Assembly: GCA_964016885.1 (NCBI GenBank)
Contig: OZ024742.1
Span: 254,262,001 to 254,326,000 of the forward strand
Source of the DNA: Eledone cirrhosa
Lineage: Eukaryota
Reading direction: 5' to 3'
Length of the DNA: 64,000 bases
This document shows positions 1-11,902 of the stretch, piece after piece (within the stretch, counting starts at the first letter, position 1; every line of letters begins with the position of its first letter). The notes under the pieces were generated by a model, which did no database searches, was not told the DNA's origin, and worked only from the letters and a program-made list of their open reading frames with translations. Made by a program: the position numbers and the translations under genes.

Positions 1-410
1 GAGGGAGATAGATAATAAGAGACAGAGGTAAATAGGGATAGATGGATAGATAGAGAGAGAGAGAGAGAGAAAGACAGGAGGGAGTAAGAGGGGGAGATAG
101 ATGGATAGAGATAGAGGGAGGTAGGGATAGATGGATAGAGAGTGAAAGGAAGCGAGAGAAAAAGAGAGAGAAGTGTAGGCAGAGAGAGAGAGTGAGAGAA
201 AGAAAGGATGTAGATATATTGATAGAAAGAGAGGGAGATAGATAGAGAGAATGGAGAAGAGCTGAGAGAGAGGGATAGTGATAGAGAGAGATAGGGAGAG
301 AAGTGTAGGCAGAGAGAGAGTGGGAGAAAGAGAGGAGGTCGATATATAGATAGAAAGAGAGGGGGATAGATAAAAAGAGGGGAGAAGAATAGAGAAAGAG
401 ATTAGAAAAA
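1..410. repeat. GA/GATA-rich low-complexity purine tract
   Basis: Degenerate (GA)n/(GATA)n with internal ~130-bp re-iterations (e.g. gagagaagtgtaggcagagagagag at ~166 and ~296). Confidence 0.9.
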
Positions 411-849
411 ATTCATGATTTTTGGATTTCAGCATGTAACTGCTTAAGGCTGGTTAATGTACTACAATGTGTACAGATGTGAAGCAGCATGTCATTTAAA
501 TTGAATTTTCGATAATGAAGTAAGAGGAATTTTCCAGAACAATAATACCCTCCTCCAGCATGTGATGTCATTAAAGAAATTAGTAAATTTTGGACATGCA
601 CACATTGACTGTGACTTAGATTGATAATACTCAAGGAATCTTTCCAAGATGTTAGCAGACATCTATGGGACATGTAGGATCCTACATTAGAACAATTAAC
701 TTAATAATATCAAATACTTTACCAAAGCTACTGTTATTCATTGCATTTCATTGTCAACTCAGTTCTCATGTTTCATCCAATCTTTTGAGATTGTGAAGCA
801 TTCACAAAACCTTCATTCCATTATCACCTTCAGCAGTTTTGTTATTTTT

Positions 850-1030
850 ATGCCCACATTTTATGCTGGCATGAATTTGAAAGTTTTCATGGTCCAATTT
901 TTCTCATTAACTTTCATATTTGGCATGGTTTCCATGGATGGATGCCTTTCCTAACATCAGCCACTTTACAAAGTCTAGAGGGTGCATATTTTGTTATGGT
1001 ACCAGCATTAGAAAGGTTGTCACATGATGG
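850..1030 (-). mobile_element. Decayed RTE 3'UTR/tail fragment
   Basis: ggatgcctttcctaacatcagccactttaca matches the reverse complement of the 3'UTR of the RTE at 20150-20200. Confidence 0.5.
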
Positions 1031-2210
1031 TTAAGACTGAAAGTCTTCCTAAATTCTATATTGTTTTCATTTGATTGCCAAACACTGTAACCTCTCGTCT
1101 CTCACCACATTTAACTTTATTGTTGCAGTGTTTATATTGGTAGAGGGATTCTTTTTTATTATGACATATCACCAGTTATCTCTGTCCTGTGTTATTTCCT
1201 TCATGAGGTTCAGCCTCCTGGCTTCATCATAGACTTTTCTTACATACTGCTATGAGTAGCCACTTTTGTTGCAAACTGATACTATCTGCCATTTACAACT
1301 CCTGACTGGAAGAGGTGGGATTTGAACTCAGAACCCACAGAGCTGAATCAGACTTTGCAAAACATTCAAATTGATTTTTTAATGGTTTTGCTAATCAATT
1401 ACCCCTAAACTGATATTTTATGCAACAGAGGGGCTATGTAATTTGTAACTGGTGACAGATTAAGTTGATCTATGATTCTTTTCAGTGCCTCAGAGTCTGC
1501 TTGAGTTGTATGAAGGGAGGTAGGAAGGTGTCCTAAAGTCAGAGATCTGGCTTGAATGCTTCCAACAGAGTGACTCTGCTAAAGGCACCCAATGGCCATG
1601 TGGTGGTGTTAAACTGAGTGACAGATTAACTCACAACACCTTGTAATGGTTTAGGAGAAAATATCTAAAAATATTACATTTGGAAGGGCCATGCTGCCAA
1701 TAAAAGCATATGAACCAGTTGAGTTTCACAAAAGAATCTTGCAAAACAAATACAAATACAAAATATCTAAAAATGGTTTTGTGAATTCTAATATTTATAG
1801 TATCTTTACTAGTGAACAGATCATTGGCAGAGTAAAGACTATAATTTTAAATGTGATAGTCTGTTTTGCACTTTGCATATATGGCTTGCTAATATGGTTT
1901 CATGAGGTACAGGTCATTAATAATTAAATCTACCACAAAATAACTCTATAGTTTTGTTAGCAACATTTGCGAGATGAAATTCCATTGTGTTTGAGGCAAT
2001 TGATAGTATTTGATGTGTTTAGAAACAAGTTAATGAATGGAATTCTGCTATGAAAGCTTCCCTGTGGAGTGAAATTAATGACCTTAACATCGGCCATTGA
2101 CTTCAGAGTTTGAAAGATTTAAGACCATGATGAGAGTTAGACATCTGACTTTCAAGAACTGTCCTTCATGAGTTCCAACATGTAATGCAACAACGATTGT
2201 TTTACATAAA

Positions 2211-2365
2211 ACTACACATACATATATACACACACTCCCATACACACATATGCATGCATGCACACATACACACACACACATATATACACAAATTCACACA
2301 CAAATATACATACTGATGCATAAAGACACATGTATATATACATACATATATACGCACTCTTACAC
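2211..2365. repeat. (CA)/(TA) compound microsatellite
   Basis: Seen directly; a second tract lies at 2652-2788. Confidence 0.9.
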
Positions 2366-2367
2366 GT

Positions 2368-2648
2368 GGAGGCACATAGCCTAGTGGTAATGGTGTTGAG
2401 CTTATGATCATAAGGTTTGATTCCTGCGCTGGGTTGCCTGTTGTGTTCTTCAGCAAAACACCTCATTTCATGTTGCTCCAGTATACTCAGCTGAAAATGA
2501 GTACCAGTAATAGCTGAGGGATTTAACCCTGCGATGGACTGCCATCCTGTCCAGAGGCAAGTATTGTATTCTCGGTCGCTTCCTGCTTTGAAAACTGGGA
2601 TAAGCACTGGCCTGAAGAGCCTCTGAGCTCGAGACAGACGTTAGACTG
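2368..2648 (+). mobile_element. tRNA-derived SINE with CORE-like body and V-domain-like 3' part
   Basis: A box tagcctagtgg, B box ggtttgattcc, CORE-like gtgttcttcagcaaaacacct...aaatgagtacc, then ccctgcgatggactgccatcctgtccag. Flanked by CA repeats. Confidence 0.75.
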
Positions 2649-2788
2649 AAGCACATATATACAGACATATACACACACATACACAGACACACACACACAC
2701 ACACATACATACACACAATCACACCCACATATATAATCACACTTACATACACAAATACACATACACACACCACACACACATATATATA

Positions 2789-5290
2789 TGTTGTTGTTCC
2801 TCCTTCAGATTCAAAGATGACTACAACTTCAATGTTGGGTGGATGATCCTTGGTGTTGGGCATATGTGGGTTGGTGCTGCAGTGGAAGTGGATTTAGCCC
2901 ATTCCTTGCATGTGGAACATTTCCATTAAGCCTCTGCAATGTCTCTGTTTTCTGTTTCACTTGCTCCCTGAATGATTTTCCTTTGCTAGTTCCAGCAATC
3001 CAGGGTGGTGACTCCCCTCTGCTGCGATTAATGTGGAGGTTTTTGACGGATGCTTTAAGATTATCTTTAAATTGTTTCTTCTGTCCACCAACTGAGTGCT
3101 TGCCCTAGCTTAGCTTTCAAACATTCTGACAACATGGACCTGTCTATATGACTTGGCTCTTCTCTAGGAAGGTGTGGAAACCATGGGTGCAAGCCCACCT
3201 CAGTACCTCTGAGTCTGGTATTTTGTCCTGCCACCATATATAAAAAAGTTTCTGAAGGTAGCTCAGATGGAAATGTTTTGAGCTGCTGAGTATGTCAGCA
3301 GTAGACAGTCCAGATTTTGCAGGTGCAGAGAGTTTTTGAGCTTTGTAGCGAGTCATTTCTGTGCCTATACATTCTTGCAGAGTCTCCCAAAAGCATCACT
3401 GGCTTTGGCAATTCTGTTACTAACCTCTGTATCTATGCTCTCATCAGAGGGTGCTTCCCAGATATATGAAGTGATCAGTAGCTTGTAGATTCTATCCCTT
3501 CACTGTAATGTCTGGTTCATGGTAATGCTTTCTAGGTGCAGGCAGATGCATCTCTTCAGAATTGTTGATATTGATTTTGAGTCCAAAGTTATCACAAGCC
3601 TGTGTGAAGCTATCAATGTCAGATGTTGAAATTTATATAGTCCTCCATCTGTCCTGTATCAGATATGTATCCCATCCTGGGAAATTGTGGAAAGTATCAT
3701 CATGCATCATAGCAAAAATGTGTAGAAACAAGAATGCAACCTTGCTTCATATCATTAGCAACTGCAAAGGTTTCTGACTCAGCTCTATCACTCAAAATTT
3801 TCACCCTCATACCATTATGGAACTGCCATGATGACCCTGCGAGGTCAGCCAAATCTGTTCATTATTTTCTAGAGGCCACCTTGGCTGATGGTATCAAATG
3901 TCTCGGTCGAATTGACAAATATCATGAATAGGTCACAGTGCCACTCCTGTCATTTTTCCTGGAGATGGCATGCAGCAATTATCATATCAGCAGTGCCATG
4001 CTATGCACAGAAGCCACACTGGCATTTTGGGAAGACACCTTGCTCAAGGTGTTGGAGATGGTGATCAAGCAAAACTTGGGCTACGATCTTTCCTGCTATA
4101 GACAGAAGGAGATGCCTCAGTGACTGTCGCATGACTGCCAATTATTGTTTCTTTTGTAGATGTAAACTATGCTGGCATCTTTCAACTGTTGCAGAACTTT
4201 TCATTCATTCCATATAGATTGGAAGAGGACAGTCAGCTTTTGCCTCATGAGTGAGCCAACTGCTTAGTAGACCTGAGCAGGGATTTATCTGATCCTGGTG
4301 TTTTATTACAGGAGAGTTGACTGATGGCTTTTCTGACCTCTTCCTCTGTGGGAGAGTGATCAAGGTCCTGACTGAATTAGTTGAGCAATGGTTTCCTCAT
4401 TGGTTGAGGATTTGGTTGAATTGTTCAACCCATCTTTGTAAAATCTGCTTTTTCTCTGTTTGCACTGAGGAGGGGAGAGGGGTCATAGGAGGACTTGGTT
4501 CTGTACACAAACTTCAAAGCATTAAAGAAATGCTTCATGTTGTGAATGTCTGCATTGGCCTGTATTTCATTGGCCATATTGCTAAACCAGATATCCTGGA
4601 TCTCACATAGATTCTTCTACACATTTCCTCTGACATGGGTAAACACATCTTTCTTTGAATGTGATGTGGTATCATTCTGGTGCTCTCTGGACAGTTTGTG
4701 CTTCTTTGACAAGAGTGCTTGTTTCTCTTTGTCGTTCTCATCGAACCAATCTTGATTTCTGCAAAATTCTGTCCACAGTGTTTAAGAGCAATAGAATATA
4801 CAGCCCCTTTGATAGTTGTCCACTGTACTTTAATGATGGTATGGTCATTCTGGGCTATGCCTCACATCATTCTGTGCAGCTGTGACTACCCCAGAAGAAA
4901 GTGTATCCACTATGTTTCATTAAATGCTGCAATATCTACATTGTAGCAGGCTATTTCTTTGATGACCAGTGTTGTTCTTCTTTATGGCTTGTCTCTTTTG
5001 ATGTTGTCCAGCAGAGTTTGCACGTTCCATGTGCCAAGTTTGAGCACTTTTAGTTTTGCTTTGATTTTCATTCTTATTCAATTGCTAAAAGGTAGTATAT
5101 TGGAGACATGATTTGTACTTGGCTTGGATTAAAGTGAGTGAGAGTTGCAAAAATGAACAACCCCACTCTCTTGTCCCAGCCTATCTGTATCCTATGGCAA
5201 GACAAAGTCGAGATGCAGTGCATATTTATCTCACTGTGCTGTACATAGTATTTGAATGGCCGTTTACTACCATCAGTCGCTCCACTCTTC
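2789..5290 (-). mobile_element. Degenerate RTE (BovB-like) LINE with internal deletions
   Basis: Minus strand near 5050-4915 reads LKLGTWNVQTLLDNIKRDKP*RRTTLVIKEIACYNVDIAAFNET (RTE APE N-terminus). RT-like remnants lie at 3500-4250. It ends in a (CAA)n tail at 2789; many stops. Confidence 0.8.
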
Positions 5291-5489
5291 GACATGTTTT
5301 GTTTTTCTTCCTACAAGATGTCCAGACCATGGAACACGTGATGTATTACATGAAATACATGTTACCAGTAGCACTCAAGAGTGACCTGATATAATACACT
5401 ATATAAAGGATAAACAGACACACACATGCTCAAAATTATCTAGATTAACTCATACACATATGTACACTCAATCCATATATTTATGACCA

Positions 5490-5730
5490 GATACAGTTAT
5501 AATAACAACATTGTATATCATTTCACAACTGATGTCCAAACAACAAAATCCTTTACAAATCATTTTCAACTATCAGGCAGTTATGACAACTATCAGACAA
5601 TATCATTTATAAAACATTTCTTCTCCTCAACCATACACAACAACCATAAGAACAACATCATTTATAAAACATTTCACAAATTCAGTACACAACAACTATA
5701 AGAAAATAATCATTTATAAAACGTTTCCAA
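5490..5730. repeat. Degenerate short tandem repeat
   Basis: The motif acaatatcatttataaaacatttc recurs about 4 times at roughly 50-55 bp spacing. Confidence 0.55.
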
Positions 5731-5860
5731 TAAACGTCATTTGCAGGAAAGTTAATGAAACGACATTTCAAATTTCTTAAAAAGACTCAACTTACTCTAA
5801 CCATAAAGAAATTTATGGATATCCTTCAGGAATAACATATCTTTCTTTAAAGCAAATCCA

Positions 5861-5891
<31 letters not shown>

Positions 5892-6006
5892 CACTCGCAC
5901 ACACATATATACACACAGACACATAACAGTGTTTTTTAGCAGGCTAAAACAATGCAAATAAGACATCAAACGTAAAACAATGATAAAAAAGTTGTTGGAA
6001 TGTTAC

Positions 6007-6049
6007 CTTGGAGGTGTTTAAGTCCTTGATATTTCAGAATAAAACATCC
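6007..6049 (-). other. Possible 43-nt host exon (GCFILKYQGLKHLQ)
   Basis: Minus strand: pyrimidine tract tttccttatctcttcttttgacaaAG, one open frame, donor CAAG/gtaaca. No homology recognised. Confidence 0.25.
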
Positions 6050-7204
6050 CTTTGTCAAAAGAAGAGATAAGGAAATTAAGGAAGAGCAGAATACTCTGGA
6101 TTGTTCTTATGTTGGCATTTCTTCTTTTTTGCCCACTTATTAGTGTAGTTTATTAGAAATATGGTCAAGAAAGTGTTAGACAAAAACTTCTCATCCAAAA
6201 GATATAACTTCAAATGACTGGAAGCATTGGATGGACAGGGAAATTTACAGGCCCAAATTCCACTCAAGGCTCTGGTAAATTACATGTAAGTTACCACATA
6301 GTGGGATTGAACTTGGGACCTAATGAATGCTAAGCAAAGTTCTTAATCATTTGGCTATACTGCATTCAGCATCATAGCTGCAGACTGTCGTGAAATGACA
6401 CATTGGAAATAATTAACAGGTGTTATTGCCAAGAATATGGCAAATTCGAATTTAAAAGCTTGTCTCAGTGATAATTATAATGATTTTCTAACATAGGCAC
6501 AAGTCTGTCTCGATATTTTGGGAAAGTAAACAGCCGATTATCTTGATGTGAAAACTTGACTCGTACTAATTTATCGATCTTGCATTGGTGAAAGCTAAAA
6601 CACTGCTGAAGGCATTTTAACTTGAAATTTAAAGAGACGTAACAAAATATGTCAAGACATTGTCCAACAAGCTATTGATTTTGCCCTCCAGCACTTTTTA
6701 TTGTTAATCTTATTAATGGTGAAGCAAAGAGAGTAGTCTTTATATGATCACTTGACCTGCTGGAAATAGCAGCAAAGCTTCTTCAAATCACACTATTGTC
6801 TTAAGATAATATGGACATATTAAACAATGTAATCATACTAACAAAATAAATAAAATTTACAGCTCATACCTATACAGGTTTAGTTTGGATCATCCAAGAT
6901 TCTATAGGAGGCTTCTTGGGTACTTTAATGAGACTATGAATTTTATTTCTCTAAAGAAGATTAGTTTCATCTAAAACACAAACAACTATGGAATCCTAAA
7001 GTGTCTTTAGAAAAAGGGAAGTTTGGACAATGTGGTACTATTTGCCTGAAGAAAAATAATCTCAGGTAGAACATATATAATCACAAGACTCCACAATTAA
7101 GAGTAACATTCTTAAAATTTACAACCACCTGACAAATCCCTATCAAATAACAGTATTGTCATATAACAAAGGTCCCTTTGGAGAATATAGGCTTACATGT
7201 AGAA

Positions 7205-7460
7205 TGTTATCATCATCATATTCATCATTTTATGTCTGCTTTCCATGCTGGCATGGGTTGGACTGGCTGTCATGGTCTATGGCCAGATAGGTCAGAATGA
7301 CCTTATATGTTCCCTATTTGGCATAGTTTCTACAGATAGATGCTCTTCCTGGGGCCAACCACCTTATAGAGTGTATTTGAATTTTTTATGACATCAGCAC
7401 TACCACTTTACAGGGTGAACTGTATGTATTTTATCATGGCACCAACATTAGCAAGGTTAT
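7205..7460 (-). mobile_element. RTE 3'UTR/tail fragment
   Basis: (TCA)n then tttatgtctgctttccatgctggcatgggttgg, the reverse complement of the RTE terminus. Confidence 0.7.
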
Positions 7461-7607
7461 TAAATGATTGGTCCGACTTAACAGTCTTCTCAAACCCTAT
7501 ATTGTCTCTGTTGAATGAAATATATACCCTGAGACGATCATAAATGAAACATCTTTGATAATAAGGTTTGTACAATCAGATTAAATGCCAACAGTCATTA
7601 TAATAAC

Positions 7608-7702
7608 TGTTTCTACTTTTGGCACAAGGCCAGTAATTACCCAGTACTTTATTTTATCGACCCCGTAAGGATGAAAGGCAAAGTTAGCCTCAACGAGATT
7701 TG
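7608..7702 (-). mobile_element. 5'-truncated young SINE (Meta-domain-like) with 18-bp TSD
   Basis: TSD aacagtcattataataac at 7590-7607 and 7703-7720; body matches the SINE at 13445. Confidence 0.85.
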
Positions 7703-7821
7703 AACAGTCATTATAATAACATAAGCCCAATATAATGATATAATGTAAATAGGACTTATATGTAATTCGAACAGCAATTTTATATGGCTCATAATACTTT
7801 TATGAGAAATACAAAGTGAAG

Positions 7822-8040
7822 TTAACCCTTTTGACACAAAACTGCCTTGAGCTACCCCTGATTCTGTGATACAATGCAGTTTATTTTAAAGTGTTTATAT
7901 TTATTAACATTCCCTCATAATTATATGCAAGAAACTTTGTTAAATTCTATTCCGAACACGAACTTAATAATGAGAAATTTAGTTATGTTACTATATTGCT
8001 CAAAGTTCTTGATTATATTCAAATTTATATGTTAACCACT
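7822..8040. mobile_element. piggyBac-like MITE remnant (TTAA-CCCTT terminus)
   Basis: Starts ttaacccttttga. Related sequence at ~27480-27726 (ends gaagagttaa), ~29160-29600 (ends gaaaaggttaa) and ~44468-44710. Confidence 0.5.
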
Positions 8041-8358
8041 AAGCCATGCACCGTTACTGTACCCTATTTATGACATTCTTAAGAGGTATGGCTAACTTTT
8101 GAGATGAAACTGACCTGACCTGATTGGCCAAGTTCCACACATCTTACACACTGTCTTTCCTATTTTCTTTTTCTACCCTCTCCCTATTATATCCTTTTCC
8201 TTTTCTTTCTATCTTTTACCTTGCCTCATGGTCTTCTTCTTTCCTTCTGCTTCTCATTTTCTTTATTCCTGAAGATGTCCATTTGTGTGATGTCAAGCAG
8301 AAATCATAGGAGCTCTTGGTTGAATATTTTTTTAATAAATAAATAAATATATATATAT

Positions 8359-8653
8359 GGAGGCACATGGCTTAGAGCATTGGCCTTGCAATCGAAATGT
8401 TGTGAGTTCAATTCTCAGACCGGGTGATGTGTTGTTTCCTTGAGCAAGACACTTTATTTCACATTGCTCCAGTTTACTGCAAAGTGGTTGTGGAGGTGCC
8501 ACAGCAAAAGAAAGCACCCAGCACTCACTGTAAATGAGGTTGGTGTTAGGAAGGGCATCCAGCTGTAGAAATCAAGCCAGAATCAGTTCCCGTCCCACCC
8601 TTGCAAGCAGGGAAAAGCGGACATAAAATGAAATGATGATGATGATGATGATG
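8359..8653 (+). mobile_element. CORE-type SINE head joined to RTE-derived tail
   Basis: ggaggcacatggcttag...gagttcaattc...ccttgagcaagacac, then ggaggtgccacagcaaaagaaagcacccagc...ggaagggcatccagctgtagaaa and a (TGA)n tail. Confidence 0.75.
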
Positions 8654-8706
8654 GGTGAACCTACAGTAACTGCACGTTACACTCCCTATCATCATCATCA
8701 TCATCA

Positions 8707-8931
8707 TCGATAATTCTATCGTATTTTTCAAAACAAATCTTGTATTTTTTATGCTTGTTAAATTATGCCCAAAATACGAGGATCTTATTTAAACCTTAAC
8801 CTTCGACATTTCTTCACTCTTCTCTCCATTTTTTATTCCCTGGTCCATTCATCTATCTGTATCATTTTGCCCAGAATCCAATCTTTGCTTCTTCTATTCG
8901 ATAATTATGTCGTATTTTTCAAAACAAATCT

Positions 8932-8932
<1 letters not shown>
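8707..8932. repeat. ~190-bp unit with 35-bp terminal direct repeat
   Basis: tcgataattctatcgtatttttcaaaacaaatctt (8707-8741) versus tcgataattatgtcgtatttttcaaaacaaatctt (8898-8932). Confidence 0.85.
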
Positions 8933-8966
<34 letters not shown>

Positions 8967-8970
<4 letters not shown>

Positions 8971-9101
8971 AAAAAGGAAAAGAATGACATCACTTGTAGT
9001 GTTAAAACATTTTTTAATTTAATTTTATATTATAATATTATAAAATCTAATCAAAAATAAATGTTTAACACTACAAGGGAAGTCATTTTTTTCCTTTTTT
9101 C
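8967..9101. repeat. Imperfect AT-rich fold-back
   Basis: aaaaaaaggaaaagaatgacatcacttgtagtgttaaaacattt pairs with aaatgtttaacactacaagggaagtcattttttccttttttc. Confidence 0.8.
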
Positions 9102-9181
9102 AAATATACCTAACTGTACCAAGGATCTCACACATTTTCCAATATATATATACATATGTTCTCTCACTTGCTGTGAAATCA

Positions 9182-9282
9182 TATATACAGGTACATCCGC
9201 TGATGAGCTACTCCTGTATTGTGAATTCTTTGCTTATTATAGCGAAACTTAATTCTGCTTTGATTATGTCCAGGTGTATATA
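9182..9282 (+). ncRNA. Type I hammerhead ribozyme motif (Penelope/retrozyme-type)
   Basis: CTGATGA 9200-9206; stem II gcta/tagc; GAAA 9244-9247; stem III ACTTAATT/GATTATGT; GTC triplet 9268-9270; stem I acatccg/caggtgt with one mismatch and one GU. Confidence 0.7.
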
Positions 9283-9337
9283 GTAATAATGGCTGATTCG
9301 TTCACTTAGATTTATCCATTTAATTAATTTCTATACG

Positions 9338-9933
9338 ACAAAGCATAAAGGAATTGAGAGAGAGACTGAGCATAAGAGGAATCAAATGCTGCGTGCAGGA
9401 GAGGCGGTTACGCTGGTATGGACATGTGATGCGTATGAAGGATGACAGCTGCATAAAAAGGTGCAGAGCACTAGAAGTTGATGGAAACCGCGGAGTGGGG
9501 AGACCCAAGATGACTTGGGATGAGGTGATAAAAGCCGACCTTACCCAACTACACCTCTCAAAGTCAATGACACACGACCGTGACTTCTGGCGTCACGCAG
9601 TAATACAGGGTACCCGACCTCCCATGGGTACATGCTGAAGCATATAAACAATATGCCCCCACCGCAAGGTGGTCGTGGAGGTGCCACGGCAAAAAAGCAC
9701 CCAGCCCACACTGTAAAGTGGACGTGTAGGCGCCACGAAAAAGCACCCAGCACTCACTGTAAACGAGGTTGGTGTTAGGAAGGGCATCCAGCTGTAGAAA
9801 TCAAGCCAGATCAGTTCCTGTATGAGCAAGGCATGGTCAGCCGACCAGACACTGCCCACAACAGGACAACCCGTCTAACCCATGCTAGCGTGGAAGAACG
9901 GACGTAAAACGGTGATGATGATGATGATGATGA
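9338..9933 (+). mobile_element. 5'-truncated RTE (same family as 17005-20340)
   Basis: ERRLRWYGHVMRMKDDSCIKRC...GRPKMTWDEVI, then 3'UTR and (TGA)n tail. Confidence 0.9.
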
Positions 9934-10039
9934 CACCGTTCCATCCATAGTTTATATGTTCTTTACTTTGGAGGCATTATATCCCCTATTATCATATGTA
10001 TATATTTATGTGTCTTTCTCTCTTTACTAGGATTTATAT

Positions 10040-10255
10040 ATATAACAAAGAAGGTGTGCATTCCAGGTGGACCATAACACAACAGAGTACTCGATACTTA
10101 GTTTAGTAGAGTGTGTAATAGGAAAAGAGTCAGGACCCCAACAGCTGAACTCTGGCCGTTTCGACCAGTCAAAATAGCTGGAGCTCAGCCATCGCGGTTC
10201 TGACTCTTTCCCCATACATACATACATACATACATACATACATACATACATACAT

Positions 10256-10286
<31 letters not shown>

Positions 10287-10410
10287 TACATATAGGAACG
10301 AGTAGGACCCCGATGGCTGAGCTCAAGCCATTTCAATGGCTAATTCTGGACTCAGTACTTTGGTGCGTTATGGTCCACCTGGTTCCTTACCACATTTCCT
10401 TCGTTATATA
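10040..10410. mobile_element. Two inverted copies of a short hairpin-element family around (CATA)n
   Basis: Head ccaggtggaccataac...agtact at ~10063 recurs inverted at ~10354-10385. Hairpin at 10121-10212. Same family at 43695-43885. Confidence 0.75.
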
Positions 10411-10439
10411 TATATACATACATATATATATATATATTA

Positions 10440-11445
10440 TAAAGAATGTTGTTAAAAATTTATCCAAAGTTAGCAAAGCATTAGGAAAAAACATAACTGC
10501 ATTTAATGAGTTAGGAATAAAAATTTCCGTAGTCACCAACCAGAGTAGCACCAACTACATAGATGTCACCATAGACCTTTACAGCCATACATACAAACCA
10601 TTTCATAAAGATAATGAAAGCTAAGGTACATACACAAACATTCCTGCCACCCTCCAACAGTTTTTAAAAACCTCATTAAGAACATCAATGAAAGGATCTC
10701 TAACCTTTCATCTAATAAATCCCTCTTTGATTGGGTGGCCCCCTATTATAACACTGCACTAGCCAACATCAATTTCACCTAAAAATATCATATTATCCTG
10801 AATAACACCCAATTACCACGAGGAATAAAAATAAACCAATAATGTGGTTCTCCCTTCCATTCTCATTCAATGTTAAAATCAACATAGGTAAAACATTAGC
10901 ATTTCTCCATAGACCATAAATATAGATTAATTTTTAACTGACATACAGTGAAAATCGGTTACTTCCGCAGAGAAAACATGAAAGCCCAAATCACCAACAA
11001 ACCAGACAGCACACCCACACTGGGATGCTCTTGTAGAAAACCAGAATCATGCCTTTTTGTTCAGCCATGCATTATACTCAGTGGTATATGAAGCTGAGCT
11101 AATCCCTATCCAACCAAATCAGTAACAGGATGTCAAGACCTATGTAGGTATGTTAGAAGATTGCTTCAAAAGCCACTTTCTAAACCACAAAACGACAATT
11201 TAGACACCCAGATAAACAAACAGCTACATTGCTCAAAGGTGCCCATGTGGACTTCTCCATTAAATGGAAAATCCTGGAAAGATTAAGTCCTTACCTCAAT
11301 GATATGAAGTCATGTAAATTGTGCAACAATGAATGATGGAACATTTAAAGACAGCTATATACGACACAAATATTCCTAAATGTGAAGGTCAACTTATTTT
11401 GGCCTAAAATTTAGAATTTAGAATTTTCCTTCTACCTTCTGTAAC
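10440..11445 (+). mobile_element. Penelope-like element 3' fragment (RT thumb + GIY-YIG), degenerate
   Basis: NYIDVTIDL..YKPFHK, YIHKHSCHPP..KNINERISNLSSN, WFSLPFSFNVKINIGK, CSCRKPESC, VVYEAEL..TYVGM. Flank continues after the LTR element at 14528. Confidence 0.8.
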
Positions 11446-11449
11446 ACTC

Positions 11450-11902
11450 TTTAGCGGAAAATTATGTTTAGAGAGTTATAAAGTTGCCACGAGGAACCAG
11501 GTTTGGTAGAAAGATATGATAGGAATATCGACAACGACTTTAGCTTGTTTTTACATTATTTATTAACAAAGGTTAAGAAGTGAATTAAGCTGGCATGCCA
11601 AGAGAAATGAAATAATTCAATTAAGATTACAAGAGAAAATACGGTCGACTGGCTGAGGCGTTTAGCCAGGTCCGTAGCAATGTTTTGTCGTTACATATTG
11701 TTTGTGCTTACGGGGCAAAATAACAAGTGGTGTTTACCTTAGCAAGGTCAAGCTGCAAGAGTGAGTTTCCTCAAATCTTCGCGGGCTATTTCTCTCTCAG
11801 AACGCGTAGGGATACATCCTCTTCTCCTGGCGCAGATTGGCTGAGCTGAGCCAAATCACGCACAGAGAATGTATGTGAGCCCGCGGAATGTAGGTCACTA
11901 CA
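11450..11902 (-). repeat. 3' LTR
   Basis: Minus strand reads TGTAGTGACC...CCGCTAAA, preceded by a weak purine tract ggaggtga. Confidence 0.9.

Noticed and set aside
413-2200. Short ORFs and coding-looking DNA (413-673, 1691-1927, ~1970-2190)
   Set aside because: No recognisable domain or consistent splice signals.
8260-8320. CTGAAGA...GAAATCATA hammerhead-like motif
   Set aside because: Stem I is only ~3 bp and stem II ~2 bp; too weak to call.
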